NCBI GenBank assembly: GCA_964035545.1
Contig: OZ037765.1
Location: 6,892,698 to 6,956,697 of the forward strand
Direction: 5' to 3'
DNA: 64,000 nucleotides
DNA from: Bugula neritina
Taxonomy: Eukaryota > Animalia > Bryozoa
The notes below the pieces were generated by a model, which searched no databases, had not been told where the DNA came from, and worked only from the letters and a program-made list of their open reading frames with translations. Positions within the stretch are counted from its first letter, which is position 1; the number at the start of each line of letters is the position of its first letter. The position numbers were made by a program, and so were the translations under genes. Positions 47,101-61,999 of this stretch are shown here, piece after piece.

Positions 47101-50100
47101 ATTTAGCTAAAAGAAATAAATATATCTTGATATCATGTTAATGCAAGTGCCAAATATTTACAATTTTAAATCTAAAGTACTAAGAAAGCAAAATCTTCAA
47201 CACATGTTCATGAAGATGTTTATTCACAGGAATGGCTACTCAAACATCGATGAGTGGGAGTTTATGAGTGGTGACAGAGTGAATAAGCCCACCTATCCAG
47301 ATGGTGCGGCACCTACTATACCCCACCCCAAATTCAAGGACATTATAAGTTCTGATATTGAACCTCTCTACACTCCGATTCCATTTGGTATGTTTAGCTT
47401 TTCTCTTTCTTTTCATTGTTTTATTACCTCATGATACAATATTGCTATTAGACTTGGTTTTTATTATAATAAGAAATCAAAAGGGCTCACAAATTAAATT
47501 AAAAATTGGAGTCTAAATAGCTGCAGAAAGACGGTCTGTGACTTCATAAATATAATAAATAGATTAAAATAGTTCAACACTTGAAACCCACTTCAAATCG
47601 TGTGTTATGTATAGTTAATAAATTTATTTTTATTTGCATTTGATTTTGGTCAAATTCTCAGTTACATAACTAAATAGCCATATATCTGACTGTACATTGC
47701 GAAAGTAAATACTGCTTCAAGTTTCATAATTTAATAACATAACAAAGCCGTGCTGGCGATACTGTTGAAACTGAATGCACTAACTGAATGCCCCTGTTAC
47801 AATGATATCGCATTGCTAAGGTGTCAATTGCAGTCCCATTCAATGAGTGTTGATATAGTCTATGGCCAACTATTATGTCTAACACAGCAGTGATGTATCC
47901 ATGTGTGGCTTACCTTTTAAATTATTGGTTCAATGCGTCCTTACAAACACAGTTTCAGCTGTTGCAATGTAAATAGTGAATACATAATGCAGGATACTAA
48001 TAGCCGGTATAATTTTAACTTTTGACCTCCACACCTAAACAGCATCAATAAGATTGTGTTTTTTTCTACAGAAATCATTCTAAAGTATTGTTTTTAAATT
48101 ATTTTTATGTATCAACTAAAGTTTTTTATTTTTTAAACAAAATAGCTTGGAAGCTTTTTTTTTTAAAAATTCACCTAAATTATCTTTTTTGTCATGAACT
48201 GCTTAGATATTCCAACAAAATGAATGTAGTACATCCTCTAGTTTTCATGCCATGTATAAATATTGTGTATTTTGTTTCTGTGCTTCTTTATCTCTATGCA
48301 GCTTACTTTGTCATTCTCTATTCTTTTCACTCAGTCCCAAAACCCGTATCTAACTTGCCATGCATTCACCATGGGCCCTATTCCCATGTGGTGAATGCTA
48401 TGAAACAACCGAAACGTAAAGGTATATCGTAGCCTCAGCCTATGCTTAATTTCAATCTTTTCAGTTTCCTTGCACAGGCTGCCTTACACTTATACTTTAT
48501 AGAAAAGTTGTTGCTTTCCATAACTTTTAATTATCTCCATTTAATCTTAGATGATAATCAAACAGTTTACTAACTTAACTAGTAATAAATCGAATAGAGA
48601 GTGAGTGAAATTAATCTTCAAGAAATTTCTATTTCTTAAAGGCTGAAAAGCAACTGATGTAAATAGATAGCAGCAAATGTTGATTTCTTTGCTCTCACCT
48701 GATTATTATAAATTTGAGTTATTTATGTGTATTAAAGAAGATGTAACCAGATGTCAACTTTTTAGGTGTTTTAAGCAAAACAATTTTTATTACATTGCAA
48801 AGTTGTGTTTCGAAATTAGGCAGAATAACGTAATGATGCGCACATAGAGCAGTATAAATATAGATACCGAGTCTCAAAAGGCAGGCAAAATCAATTACAT
48901 ACATTTGGTATCTATGCCACGTTAGTTCTAATAACATGTTTTAGGGTTCTATTGAAGGTCACTTGGTTATTAAACAGCGTTGTTAAATAAATAAACTTAG
49001 AGGCAGGCTATTTAAAGGATTGTAAAATAAAATTCATGCTTGAAAGAAAAAATGCCGAGACCCTGCACTAAAGAGACCACCGTGGCCTAAAATACCTTCC
49101 TTAAATGCATTGAGGATTAAAAGCACTAAATAAAAATATATACTGCATATAATATATGCATTATAATTATTAAATGCAGTATTATAATACCATAAATTTA
49201 TAAATACAGCACACACAATGTTATAAGTTACAATACATGTATAAGCGTTCACATACCTATCTGCATGTATGAGCTTGTTCATTATTTGATTGCATATATT
49301 TTATTCTTTCACATTGTAGACTACATAATGCTTTCTCACTACATGCAGTAGTCATCCCATAACATAGCTGCTAAAATATCATAGTTTTAATTAACATGAA
49401 GTATATTATTATTGTGTTATAATTGTTATAAATTTTATACAATGGTGTGCTTTAAATCACGTAAAAATAGTTATCCCCTTGTCATAATAAAGCCTCTATA
49501 GTGGAATTAGTGAGTTTTTATATAAATCTAATTTTCAAAGTATCTATAATAATTACAAAAAATATCAAATCGATAAAAATTGATCTGTGACTTAAATCAT
49601 ATATGTTATATGTATGCATGTACCATATATTTCACATAATATAGTATATTATTTTACATAACTTTGTTATACTTGGCAGTTCTTGGTGCTAAAACATATG
49701 AGAATCAGTCTACTCCATACACCGAGAAATGGAGGGGGATATGCATTGTTTACGACTCTAGCAAATCTAAGCGAGACCAGGCTTATATAGACCCTCCACG
49801 AAACCCACTCTATGCCCCCCATCTTCTCTTTGAGTCGAGGTTTGAAAGTGGCAACCTTCGCCAAGCCCGCAGAGTGTAAGTATTTCATGACTCTCTTGCA
49901 ATATGGCTGCCAGTCTGTTATAATGTATAATATTTCATTACTGTAGTTTCTGTATTGAAAAAGCAAACTCATACTGTCTCCATAGTGTTTATTGGTAGTT
50001 GAACAGTCTGCAGTCTAAATAATCTGATGGGCAGGTACAGAGTTGCAGTTTTAAATAGTCTTATGTTCTAGGGCTAGAGGCTTTCTGCTTGTGAGATAAA

Positions 50101-53100
50101 GTAATCACGTTTCAAACCTAACCAACAAACTAAAAATATAAACTCAAACTAAGCTTAAACTTACACTTCTGCACCAAACAGTACAATTCAATAAGCTCAG
50201 CTATGTGTGACATTGTTCGTTTCTTTTTCTGAGCCTGCAGGGAAACCTTATTATTCAATAGCATCAATAAAAGGCTAAATGCAGTACTTTCAGGATTAAA
50301 CTGATATATTAATAATTAGAATATTTAGTAACAATGACTTATAACTATATGCTGCAGGGAATACAATCATATAATAAACATTGAGTGTAAATCAAGTCTC
50401 CAACACCCTTTCCATCCATTAATAAAGTTTTCGCCAATAATTAATTTGTATGCTTGCATTGCTTTGCTAATTTGTTGCATTTATAATTATGCTATATACC
50501 AAAATTTTGCCTTTTTAAGCAAAAGGTAATATGCACAGACATCTAAGTTGAATTTGCTATTGAATGTTTCACTACATATATTTGGCCTGGTTGGACGTAC
50601 ACATGCATGTGGCCTGGCTAAAGGTACATATTCATGTGGCCTGGCTAGGGGTACATAAACATGTGGCCTGGCCAGAGGTACACATATATGTGGCCTGGCC
50701 GGAGATACACATACATGTGGCCTGGCCAGAGGTACAACACATGATACATGTGCTGATGTTGTAGAGGGCAGTTTGAATATGAACTGGTGCTAAAGTCTGA
50801 CGTCTTCACTAAGAGACACACGCAGTGGTATTACTTCAGAGTGCGGAATATGGTTCCAGGAATTACATACAAGTTTCGAATAGTCAACCTACTGAAAAAA
50901 GACAGCTTATATAACCATGGTCAGTAATTAGCAGCTGATGTGTTGTATTACTATAGAATGGCAGTCATAATATTATGGTATTTGTATGTTTTATTATGCA
51001 CTATAAATTGCTGGTCATAGTACCAATAGTGTTTGCATTCAGGTTTAGTATTTTTAGTATTTTCCAGCGCACTAGAAGTATTGGCTATAATATGTATAAA
51101 GATGTTTTGCTTGTAAACATGGTGAAAGCTTTATGCATTGAAGGCCTGAAGTTTCTAAAACGATATATAACCTCATTTCAGCATTCTGAAAACCAATAAT
51201 TAAATTGATAAGAAAAAAGCTTTAACTTTGCGTTTACACATATTATATACATGTAAAGTTGCCCAATATATAATACCGACTATATTTGACAAGAAAGGAT
51301 AATTATGATGTACCAACAATACTAGTACAGTCCATATTCCTGAGTTGAGACCTTTAGTTGTGTAACTACTAAATGACTCATGCAGGTATGAAGCCTCTCC
51401 TGTATTCTGAAAGAAGTGCAGAAGAAGATAACATTGGTTGGAGTAGACATGGGCATCACATCTCGTAAGTATCTGCAGTCTGCTACAGTCTAATACAGTC
51501 TGCTACAGTCTAATACAGTCGCTACAGTCTAATACAGTAGCTACAGTCTAATACAGTCGCTACAGTCTAATACAGTAGCTACAGTCTAATACAGTCTGCT
51601 ACAACCTGCTGCAGTGTGTTACAGTCTGCTACAGTCTAATACAGTAGCTACAGTCTAATACAGTCGCTACAGTCTAATACAGTCTGCTACAACCTGCTGC
51701 AGTCTGCTACAGTCTAATACAGTCTGCTACAGTCTAATACAGTCTGCTACAGTCTAATACAGTCGCAACAGTCTAATACAGTAGCTACAACCTGCTGCAG
51801 TGTGTTACAGTCTGCTATATACTGTTATGTAATACTTCAGCATGTTAGGAGTATTAAAGGCTACCTTAGATTATCACAGGTGAATACAAACGAGGATAGA
51901 CTGTTACTGATAGTACATAATACTAATGCTATTACACATCTGACTGATATTATAAGGGAAAATATGCAGGCTATCATGGCAAATCTTTATCTGAACCCTT
52001 ACTGCATCCCATTGAGCATATGATACATCTAACAGGAGAAGGGAGCAGAAATTTTATTTTAAAAATTGATGGAGAGACCTTAGTATACTATTTGGCATGA
52101 AGATAATTACTTTAATAATTCATATTATGAACTATTCTTCAAGTAACCAAAGTGCTTTTTTTTAAAAGAGAAGATTTCTAATTAACTACTATAGTTGAAT
52201 CTTGCACATAGCATTAAAACAAAATTAAATGGTTAAACGAAGACCTTACTTGACAATAGGAAATTATTATATATAACACGAAACTATTTTAGATATGGCC
52301 GAAATGTGCAGCACACACTATGTCCACTTCTCAGTCGAGAAATCCCCTATTATGAATTGGAGTGGCAAATGGAGTTTCCATATGCAGCTGACTCGTGCTA
52401 TTTAGCCCACTGCTACCCTTACACATACACTGATCTCAAAGATGACTTGGACAGTCTACTCACCGACCCGTACCGTAGTCAGTTTGTGAAGAAAGAAATC
52501 ATGTGTGAAACGAAGGCTGGAAACAGCTGCTATCTTCTCACCGTCACTGATTTCAGTAAGAGATAAAGTAATCTGCCCAGTGGCTTACATATGTTGACAA
52601 GTTTTGAGATGGCTTAATAACTTGATAAAGATTTACATATATGGCATGGTTTATTAATAACAATCATTCAAATGCTTAAACATGCTTGTACACTATGTTA
52701 TAATTTACAAATTATAATAATTCTGCGTACTAATTTTTGCACTGACTGATGAAAGCAGCTAAATCTCAAAGTGTTTAAAAGTTTGTTGTATGAAGGCGCT
52801 TAGAAGTAGAAAGCGTTTTATTGAAAATTTGATGATCAGTTTGCTGATGGCCACAAAGTTACTATTCACCTGTGGGTTGATAAATATATTCGTGCACCAT
52901 TTTGTTTTAGGCTGCAGGTCGAGAAAGAAACATGTAGTTGTGTCTTCCAGAGTTCATCCAGGAGAGTCAAATGCTAGTTGGATGGTAAAAGGTCTTGTAG
53001 ACTTCATTACTGGAGATTCTAAGGAAGCAGTGGTAAATGTTCATGAGTTTATATACTTATAACTTAGCTGTTAATAGGCTTCAATTTCTCCTTATTATTG

Positions 53101-56100
53101 TCGAGGTGTTGTTAATTTTAGTAAAAAAAGTAAAAACAAATTATCTGAGTGTCTTAAGATGAGTTGTGTATTGTAAACAAACATTAATGAGAGTTGCAAA
53201 AATATATTGCTGCTAGTAAAGCTTTCCATTTGTATATAGAGAAAATGTTATAAAATGTACAAATTTTATTAATTTTCTAGTGCTTATAACAGTTTTACTT
53301 TTTAGGAAATTAGGAAAAAGTTTGTATATAAAATAGTCCCAATGCTGAATCCAGACGGGGTGATAGTTGGCAACTACAGATGTTCACTGCAAGCCAGAGA
53401 TCTCAATAGGAACTACCGACACCCGAGAAGGGACAACTTCCCAACTGTTTTCAATTTGAAAAAGCTGATAGAAGATATCAATGACTCAGTTGGGGTAATG
53501 AATAAGTTTCATGATTTGTGTAACAAAACCCACAGAAATCATAATTTTATGGAAAGTGCATCTTTTAACAAACTATCTTACTAAGGGCAAAACTACAGTC
53601 TAAAACCAAGTTGCCAGTTCTATGTTATGTATAGTGTAGTATGTTTATCAGGTGTATTTTATCTCATTCTTCATTGTATTTTCTGGCTAATGTGTGATAT
53701 GAATTTGAAATAAGTATAAACTATTACTTAATTAGCTAAAAACTACTACATTGAAGCGTTTTGTGCAATTTATATGCTAAATTCACCATTGTACATGTAA
53801 AACAATACAATACTGAATACAGGAATATACCTTTTATATGTGGCTTATATACTGCATATACATTATCTCTAGTTATATATTTATGTGTTACTTGTAGGTG
53901 TTTGTGTACTGTGACTTTCATGGACACAGCAGAAAAGCAGATGTGTTCATGTATGGAAACAATCCTTCATCTGCGACCGTTGGAAATGTTAAGGCTTTTC
54001 TGGATGAGAGAATGCTACCATTTTGTATCTCTCAAGTTGTAAGCCCTACATACTATTTATTATTATATTTTATACCATGTTATATCAATTATTATATGAC
54101 AGTGGAGTGTGGTATAAAGTTGTATTCTGTTTTTTCCAGTGCAAGATAAATATTGTGTGACCCTGTTTTAGAGCATTTCAATTTTATTGAATTAATTGTC
54201 TGAAAATATATGCTTTAATCAACTCTGTGTTTATTAAACAGCTATGAATTTCTTAAATTCAACTCTTAGATATTTAAGTTAATTGCAACTGCTATTGATA
54301 TGTTATATATATGTTACATATAAGTTACATATACATGTATATGTTACGTGTGTGTAAGCCGATGAAATGTATATTATGCTTAAATCATGAGATGTATTTT
54401 ATTGATGTGACAACCAATCGTAGGGAGAAGGAATATTCAACTTTGAGGGTTGCAAGTTTCACATCAGGAAGTGCAAAGAGTCAACTGGCAGAGTTGTGAT
54501 GTTCAGACATTTCAATATTAAGAATAGTTTTACCATGGAGGCCACGTTTTGTGGAACTGTGAAAGACATGTAAGTACACTATTATAAACATTAGCATAAT
54601 AAGTCAACATCTTCAAACTAGATAACCATGATATTATAGTAACATAGTAGCAGCAAAGTTTACAATTTGAAAAGGCTTCCATACTGTTTTTTCGGTGATG
54701 ATAGGTTGTTGGTTTTTAGGATTAGAAAAATTTTAACTAAACATTTCAAAAATAAAAGGAATAAACGTTGATGATGCTTTTATTCTATAGAACCTTAGAG
54801 TTCATAAGTTCATAATTTTAGTAAGAGCAAAGTGTATGTATTTCTATAGTATTTTAGGATAGCTAATATGGTAGACAGAATTTACAAATAAAAATGCTGA
54901 TGTTTATTTGAGCTACTTGCAATTTCTAATCTAATTAATTTAAAAGTTAACAGAAAAAAACTCAAAAGTTTTACCAATGATTTAAATTTTATATGATATA
55001 TAATATATATAAATTATTTATTAGTCATAATAATATAATACACGCAGGATCTTGTATTTCTCATTTGTTTAATCCCAGCGATGGAGCAAGACACTTTAAC
55101 CAAAGAGATTTTATGAATGCGGGGAAGTATTTTGCCCAAGGTGTGAACAAATATGCTGATGTCCTCTCTAACACACAGTAAGCTATTTTGAGCTGCTGAC
55201 AAATCTGTCAGCCAATTATTTTGATAGTAGTTATTAGATGATGTTAGCTTGTGATAATGCTTAGCACCTACAGTGTTGCATGTTGGCTTCGGCTACTTAG
55301 TTGATAGAGTTAGAAGTTTGTCTTCTAGCAAAACTACTCAATGAATTCATAGGCCGTAATATTTCCATCGATATCTGCTTGAGTATTGGCAAATGTACAA
55401 TTCAAAATTTACTGTATCATTTTAGCAGCTTTTGTAATTTCAATATGAACTTTTTTAGCTTGCATATAATTCTCTATATATTTATCACTAACAAGACAAC
55501 TCAAATCTATAGTCTGTACAGCGCATGTGCGTATTGTGTTTATATAAAGAGTGAGTGAGGGCATCGACGACTCCATCTGTTGTAGGATGGAAACTGAAGT
55601 AGTATTAGACTTAACTAAAACGCTGACACAGCAGATAATGAGTGTCACCAACCTGAATGCTGATGAGCAGGCAGCAGTAGATATGGAGTCTGTCCTTAGC
55701 GAACATCTCAACCCGTCCAAACCAGAGCAGCCTGTTAAAGGTAGACTTAAACACTGTGATGACATAGTAGCTTAAAGTCTAGAAATAGAAGCTTGCAGTT
55801 GCTATAAACCATGCTATACTACCATCACAGAACTTAAATAATTTTGCTTAGAACTGGTATTTTTATATAGTGGATGAATTAATAGAACAGTATTTAGATC
55901 AAGCTAGAAACTAGTGGATATCAATATTAATAGTATTGTTATTGAAACCAGTTACTAGCACAATATTCATGAGCAGAAATAGCAAATATTATACTATAAA
56001 CTAGATAAAGTATAGTATAAACTCACCTTATGACTGAGAACCTGTTGTTATTCATGCGAGGGGGGGGGGGGTTGGAGCGCAGCTGCATTTTATATCAATA

Positions 56101-59100
56101 TTACTGAACTCCTCTTTCAATTATTCAGATGAGAAAGAAGACCAGAGTTCTACTAAAGAAACTGACAAGAGAGCGACTGTCATCAAGGTTCTGGACACCA
56201 TCACAGAAGAGACTATTGCTAAGTGTGTCCATCTGCTGGAGAAGTTGTCTTTACCTGCAACTGCCCAAGCAGACGCATCTGAGTAAGCAATCTACTAGCA
56301 CTCAGTACTTAGAATATGCAGCCATTTAAGATGCAGTAGTTAGTGACCATGACGTTGAGATAACGGGAGTGTAAACAAAGAAAGTCGAGTTAATATTAGA
56401 TGAAATACATTGCATTAATAAGAATTGAATATAAAAGATGATTAGTATTTGAATTGAGCTGTTTTGATGTTTGAAAGATGCTGTTAATTGATTTTAGACA
56501 AAATGTGTTTTTACTTTGTTAAAAGGTGCGAAAGTTTTATAAAATTTTGAATTTGTCTTTTATAAATGACGCTTCTAATTTTGGTGCATGTCTTTTCAGA
56601 TCTAGTGATAGTGACAGTGAATCTGAGCCAGAAGTGCCAGAAGAAAAATCAAAAAAGAAGAAAAAGCAAAAGTCTAAAAAGAAGAAAGATAAAAAACAAG
56701 TAAAGTCTTCTATACCTTCAATCAGTGATAAGAAGGATGCAAACCATTCAATGTCTGCTGTAGAAAAGCAGAATCACAAACATCGGAGAGTGGAGATGGC
56801 CAATTTATCTGTCCAATCAGCTGTAAGAGCGGTTGAATGCGCTCACCTCTCACCTGTCTTGTTGTGATTGTGGTTGTCATAGTAACAATACACACTCACA
56901 CTATTGACCTCTTCACAAACTAACTGTATACTTTGATAACAATTAGATGTCTTCTCATATTCTAGCCTAACCCTAGCTGCTTCCTTTTTTGGTAACATGT
57001 AACTCTCCAATAGTATCATTAAACACACTCCTAGTTTGTACCGTATATCTTCTGCTTGAACTGATTGCAAATAGTTTTACTGTTTGTCATCAATAAGTCA
57101 GTTTTACGTTTTACTTGTAGCAACTTCCACTGATTTCCTCAGCTCACGAAGGGGAATACAAAGTAAGATATGCTACTACATACTGTATTCACATTTTTTC
57201 ATTTTGCAAAGTAGAGCCGTAGCACATCAAGTAAGGTGGTATCATTTATATTTGCAACCAATTTGTAATACTAATACATTTTTAGTGCTAGTGTATTAAA
57301 GTAATATTCATAAGTGCTAGTGAGGTACGGTTACAACTCAGCTATTAATGGTAGACATTTGAAAGCAACTGCCGAATGTTTTAGAATGGAAGCTCTCGGG
57401 TGGATCTTAGATCTTCAAAATCTCATTGGTCAAATCCGTATTTAGGTCGAAGTAATGGAGGAATTCCTTGCTTTTCAGAGGAACGCAGCATGGAAAGAGC
57501 TGCTAAAGTATGTAACGTGGTTATTTCAGATAATATGTTCAACACTATCATTATCTAATATGTATAAGTAAAAAGTCAACATAATTATAATGTAACGCTT
57601 AAGCTCTTACATGCTCTCATTTGTACTTTATCAGTCATATAAGCTCAAACAAAGCCACCTTACTCACAAGGCTGTTTTAGACCCGAAAACAAATAAAGTA
57701 GTAATATATAGTGACATAATTAATACCTAATCTACATTCACATAATTAATTATATAACATCTTCTGCAGTTGTCTGTTTTGCTACTTTTCAATTTGTTTT
57801 ACCATGAGATGTTGGCAAATACAGAATAAACTTAATGATATGCTCTTTAGCTGTTGAAATTTAGTAAGAGTAATTACTGCATACCAATTCATATTACATA
57901 GTGGGAACAATTCTCTAGTGCTTGTTAGGAATATGCACTATGTAGAATACTTTAGACTTGACTAAATAAGAATATTTTGCTTTGGTAATAAAATTACAAG
58001 ATATTATATGCCCTCTGACTGAAGTTTTAGCATTATTTTATAAGGTTTGTCTTTGCAGCAATAGATGAAATCTAGTGATAAAGATATTAATGGACATGGC
58101 ATATTATAGCCTTGCCTTGCTGTTGCAGAGAATGGCCGAGCTACAGAAGCGGATGGAGGAGAAAACTGCTAGATCTGCATCTTTTGGTCCATTCTGTGAA
58201 AGAGAATATTTTGATAGTAACTGTGATATATTTTATGAAGATCTGGTTAGCCAACACAAGCAAGCTGAGGATGAGTTAAACAAGAATCTCAGGGCACACC
58301 AGCCCTATGCTAATGTCAGTGAAAAGAATCATATGGGTTAGTACTTAGTAGTAGTGAAAGATTTGCATTTATTAAGTCATTCTCTTTCAATAAGTATAAT
58401 ATGTGAATATTTAGAACTTTATAAGCTTCTCATTATTGTAATTACAATGCATGAAGCAGCCCTGGTCCAGTGTTTAGATCCCTGACCTAGCATGTCATGG
58501 GTTCAGAGCCATATGTGAAGTCCCGATTAACATCAAGTCATAATTTCTCATTGAAAGTGCTCAAACTATGTTGCCAACATGATGAGAAGCACAGTCTTTA
58601 GCATGCATAAAAAACTGTTACTATTAGGGATTTTCATAAGGATGGGAATTTTGAGCAAACGCGAGATTAGTTCTGCAATCTAAAAAGTATATATTGACAG
58701 CTAATATAATAACTAGATGAAGTGCTTAGCTGGTGCTTTAATTGATAACATGAATAACATTGTCTTTTGAGTAGTGTGACAATGGCGCTTGTTTGTGCAT
58801 CGCCTCATCGCATGCTGTGATAAACAATGTTTTTAGCTTTTAGGAGTAGTCTCCACATGCTATTTAACAAACTTAAAACTAAAGAATATTTTAAAATAAA
58901 CTATAAAAATTATTTTTTACAAATGACATCAATTAAAAAATTACATTCCAAAACTATGTTAATTTATAATTTTGCTGTAGTAAATATTCTGTAGACAAAT
59001 AAATTTCACACCTTATAATTATAAGATAAATTTTATATAATTAATTAAGCGCGCAGATGGATATTACTCTGGTTTCTCTTCATATCCACGTATAAATCTT

Positions 59101-59972
59101 TCGCCTTTTACTAAAGATTTCCGTGGAGAGGAACATTACAATGAGTCTATAGACTTATTTTTGACACCCTCTCAGGAGGGTAATAATTTCAATTAAATAA
59201 AAACAAAGTCCTCTAGCAAGCTAAACTAACCATCTTCTTAACGGCGACTGAGTATCATTATATTGATGTAAATTTATATGGGGGAAATAGTTGACTAGTA
59301 GAAAAATTTAGGTAGGAATTTGTATCAGGATTGTTGCTGCAGACTCTAGTTTATGTTGGTTAATTAAAGTGGGAAAGATGATAAGATAAGCTTGACAAAG
59401 GCATTTTTCAATGTTTCTCAAGATGAACACTAATTTATTACAAACACTTCAAATTATGTAGATTTTATGAAGCAAACAGAAGATGAACACAGTGGAAGAT
59501 TAGGTGCTCTAACTCCAAACACAAATCAATTTGATAAAAAGTTAAAACGCTCCAGAACAGAGCTGTTTGACACTAGAAAATATGGCCGTTGGCAGCCTAG
59601 AGGCTCATCTTCCTTGGATACGTGGGCAGAAGTAGATGATTATTCTACAGAGATGTATCATTATAGGTGAGTGCCAAATTTATTTTATTAAGATGGCTAT
59701 CAAAAACAGTGTACTTGGCTTGATAACTATCTTTGCTTTAAAGAATTTATAATATAGTTTTGCTTATGCACAGGCAGCCTACGGCTACCACAGCTACCCC
59801 TACTAGCAATATTATGAAGCTTCCAGCTCACTACCGTGATATCACTGCAGCAACAGCTATTACCACCCAAAACTCAATATTGGACCAAAACGGCAGTCCC
59901 AACCCCCTAACTATGTTAACTAGAGAATACTCAGAAATGCTGGCTAGTAGAATCCGTGCCAGTCAGTCTAGG
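44154..59972 (+). CDS. Cytosolic carboxypeptidase (M14D, AGBL2/AGBL3 = CCP2/3-like tubulin deglutamylase); last exon unresolved (candidates near 60200-60238 or 60578-60664)
   Basis: Exons in phase: 44154-44193, 44727-44859, 45755-46021, 47230-47387, 48335-48421, 49680-49875 ([10 protein letters not shown]), 50765-50919 (EYEL..HTQWYYF), 51386-51464, 52293-52555 (AHCYPYTY), 52911-53032 (RVHPGES), 53306-53494 ([16 protein letters not shown]), 53898-54038 (DFHGHS), 54424-54569 (FTMEATF), 55079-55177, 55586-55740, 56129-56282, 56600-56822, 57121-57162, 57385-57507, 58129-58336, 59462-59667, 59774-59972. Zinc ligands and catalytic Glu are intact; paralogue identity uncertain. Confidence 0.92.
50583..50743. 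repeat. 27-bp minisatellite x6 (tggcctggccagaggtacacatacatg), intronic
   Basis: Six diverged tandem units just upstream of the exon at 50765; explains the repetitive ORF 50564-50764. Confidence 0.9.
51476..51817. repeat. Compound 10/20-bp tandem repeat (acagtctgct/acagtctaat), intronic
   Basis: Tandem units starting just after the donor at 51465. Confidence 0.92.
58455..58650 (+). mobile_element. Older, degenerate copy of the SINE at 33465
   Basis: Collinear shared blocks: GCAGCC.TGGTC.AG.G.TTAGA, CCTAG, GTCATGGGTTC.GAGCC, CATC.AGTCATAATT.CTC, AGGG.TT.TCA.A.GGATGG, CGCGAG. Confidence 0.6.
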
Positions 59973-61999
59973 GTAAGAGCTGACCAAATGCTGTTTTGTA
60001 TCCATAGTAGCATATTAAAACAAAATATGTTGTATTCATGGTATAGCATATTAAAACAAAATAGTCCTGATAAATACTGCATGCTTGATTGTTGATTTTG
60101 CTAATTTTTTTTAATATAAAGTAGTATAAAACTGTGCTAGTTGTGTTGTAATAAAGCAGGTTATGTATGCTACAATGACAGCTTTGGGATTTCATTCAGG
60201 CTGCTGTGACCATTGACATGATGTACAGATTGTTGTAGTTTATTGTTAGTGCTGTTATTACTGTATACTCATTTATATCATATTGTATATGTATTGTATG
60301 TTAACTGTATATTAATGAGATGCCCTAGAAGCAAAATTATGATTTATTGAATAATCGAGTATTTGTGTATAATATAGTTGTGGAGAAAACACATTTTTTA
60401 AAATTATTTGTCAATATGACAAAAAGGAGAAACAATTGATCATAATATAGAGCTAACAATTTTTTATATAAATTTCATCACAAAATACTATTTATATTAT
60501 ATAAGGTTTGCAGTTAAAAGTTAATGAGCTAAAAATCTTTGGGGTTTATAAGAAGTGTTGAATTCTCATATTTTTAGATAGCATCAAAAAACCAATCCAA
60601 CCGATCGAGTTTGCTTAAAGTTCTACAAGTGAATCCAATGCATTGCCAACCAGGGCTGGAATGACTCTTACCGTGTATCATTATATACTTTAAATATATT
60701 ATTTATAATATAATAATATAATATTTGAGCTGTCAGCAATATTGTAATATGCTAAAGACTTTTAGCTTAGTTTCTTTTGGGAATTTACACATTCTCTTAA
60801 TGGACTTATTGAACTACATGAATATTCAATTAAAATATCTATCATGTAAATTCTCATGCTGAACATAATCTGACATTGCCATTCTTATACTGTATGTTAT
60901 TTTATAAGGCTTGGCTTTCTATTTACCTCATGTATTGTGTGTTAATTCTTTCAGGGAAGATTTTTATCACTAAAATAATATGTTTTCTGATTTTATTAAA
61001 AATGTATATTTTTGCACTATTCTTTTTTTTTCTTGAAGCTGCTTCGCTATATAATAGTGTTTAGATGAAAGAATGAATTAGTAAATCAGACTCTGTTGAA
61101 TTGATAGCAATGTTTGCTCATAGAATATTAGCTCCATGGCTATTATGTTTCAATCGGTTACCACTGAAGATTTGCACACTAATCAGCTACTATATACTAG
61201 AGGGCGATTCTTGACTAATTATAACTCAAGAAATATTATTTGATTTGTTCTCATTGTGATATCATTATATTATGTAACACGAGACTAACAAGTCAGTTTT
61301 ATAGCAGTGCAGTGTGGCATAAAAACCACCAGTCCTGTGATTTATATTAAATGCACTAATTGCCTTTAAAAGCCTATTAAAACTACATGCGTTCTGGAGA
61401 TTTTTCACACAATAAGTACAACTAGACTATGACTACGAGCATGTGAAGAAGGGAATATAAGTTCACAGCTTTATAATAGATATGTAGAAGCTCCATAGTT
61501 TATTTCATAACTTCGGTTCAATAGGACAATGGAGAGCAGAAAAGCGCGGACATAATCTATAGAGTTATTTTTCCTATCAACTTTTAAATATAGCAATATC
61601 AGGAGATGCACACAAAACATAGACGATATTATGATCTTAATACGATGCTTTCAAGAATTACTTTAAAGCCTATAAAAAACCCGCGAGTATTTTCACAGTT
61701 TATGCTTGTAGTCTAGTTTCTTTAAATTACTTTAAAGAAATGTCGAGTGTGAATGCTTGGTTATTTTATTGATGTCGCCGAACTCATAACTTTGCCACTT
61801 AAGCTAGATTATTTTTCATCTTGATTTATTCACTAATAGAATAGTAATACTAATACTAATAGATATTCTCATTCTCATTCTGTATTCACATTGATTATTA
61901 TTGTCATACTCAAACTCGTACCAAGTTTAAGTTTGACGTACTTGCAAGTGGAGCACCACTACTCGTTGTTTTTGTTAGTATTACTTGACAAAAATAGTC

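Noticed and set aside
51476-51817. Several ACAGTAGC (Osr consensus) matches in the intronic repeat
   Set aside because: By-product of variants of the simple repeat unit; no independent support.
61415-61720. Loose inverted repeat (aactagacta...gcat..gtgaa) upstream of RFC4, possible MITE
   Set aside because: Arms too degenerate and gapped; no TSD identified.
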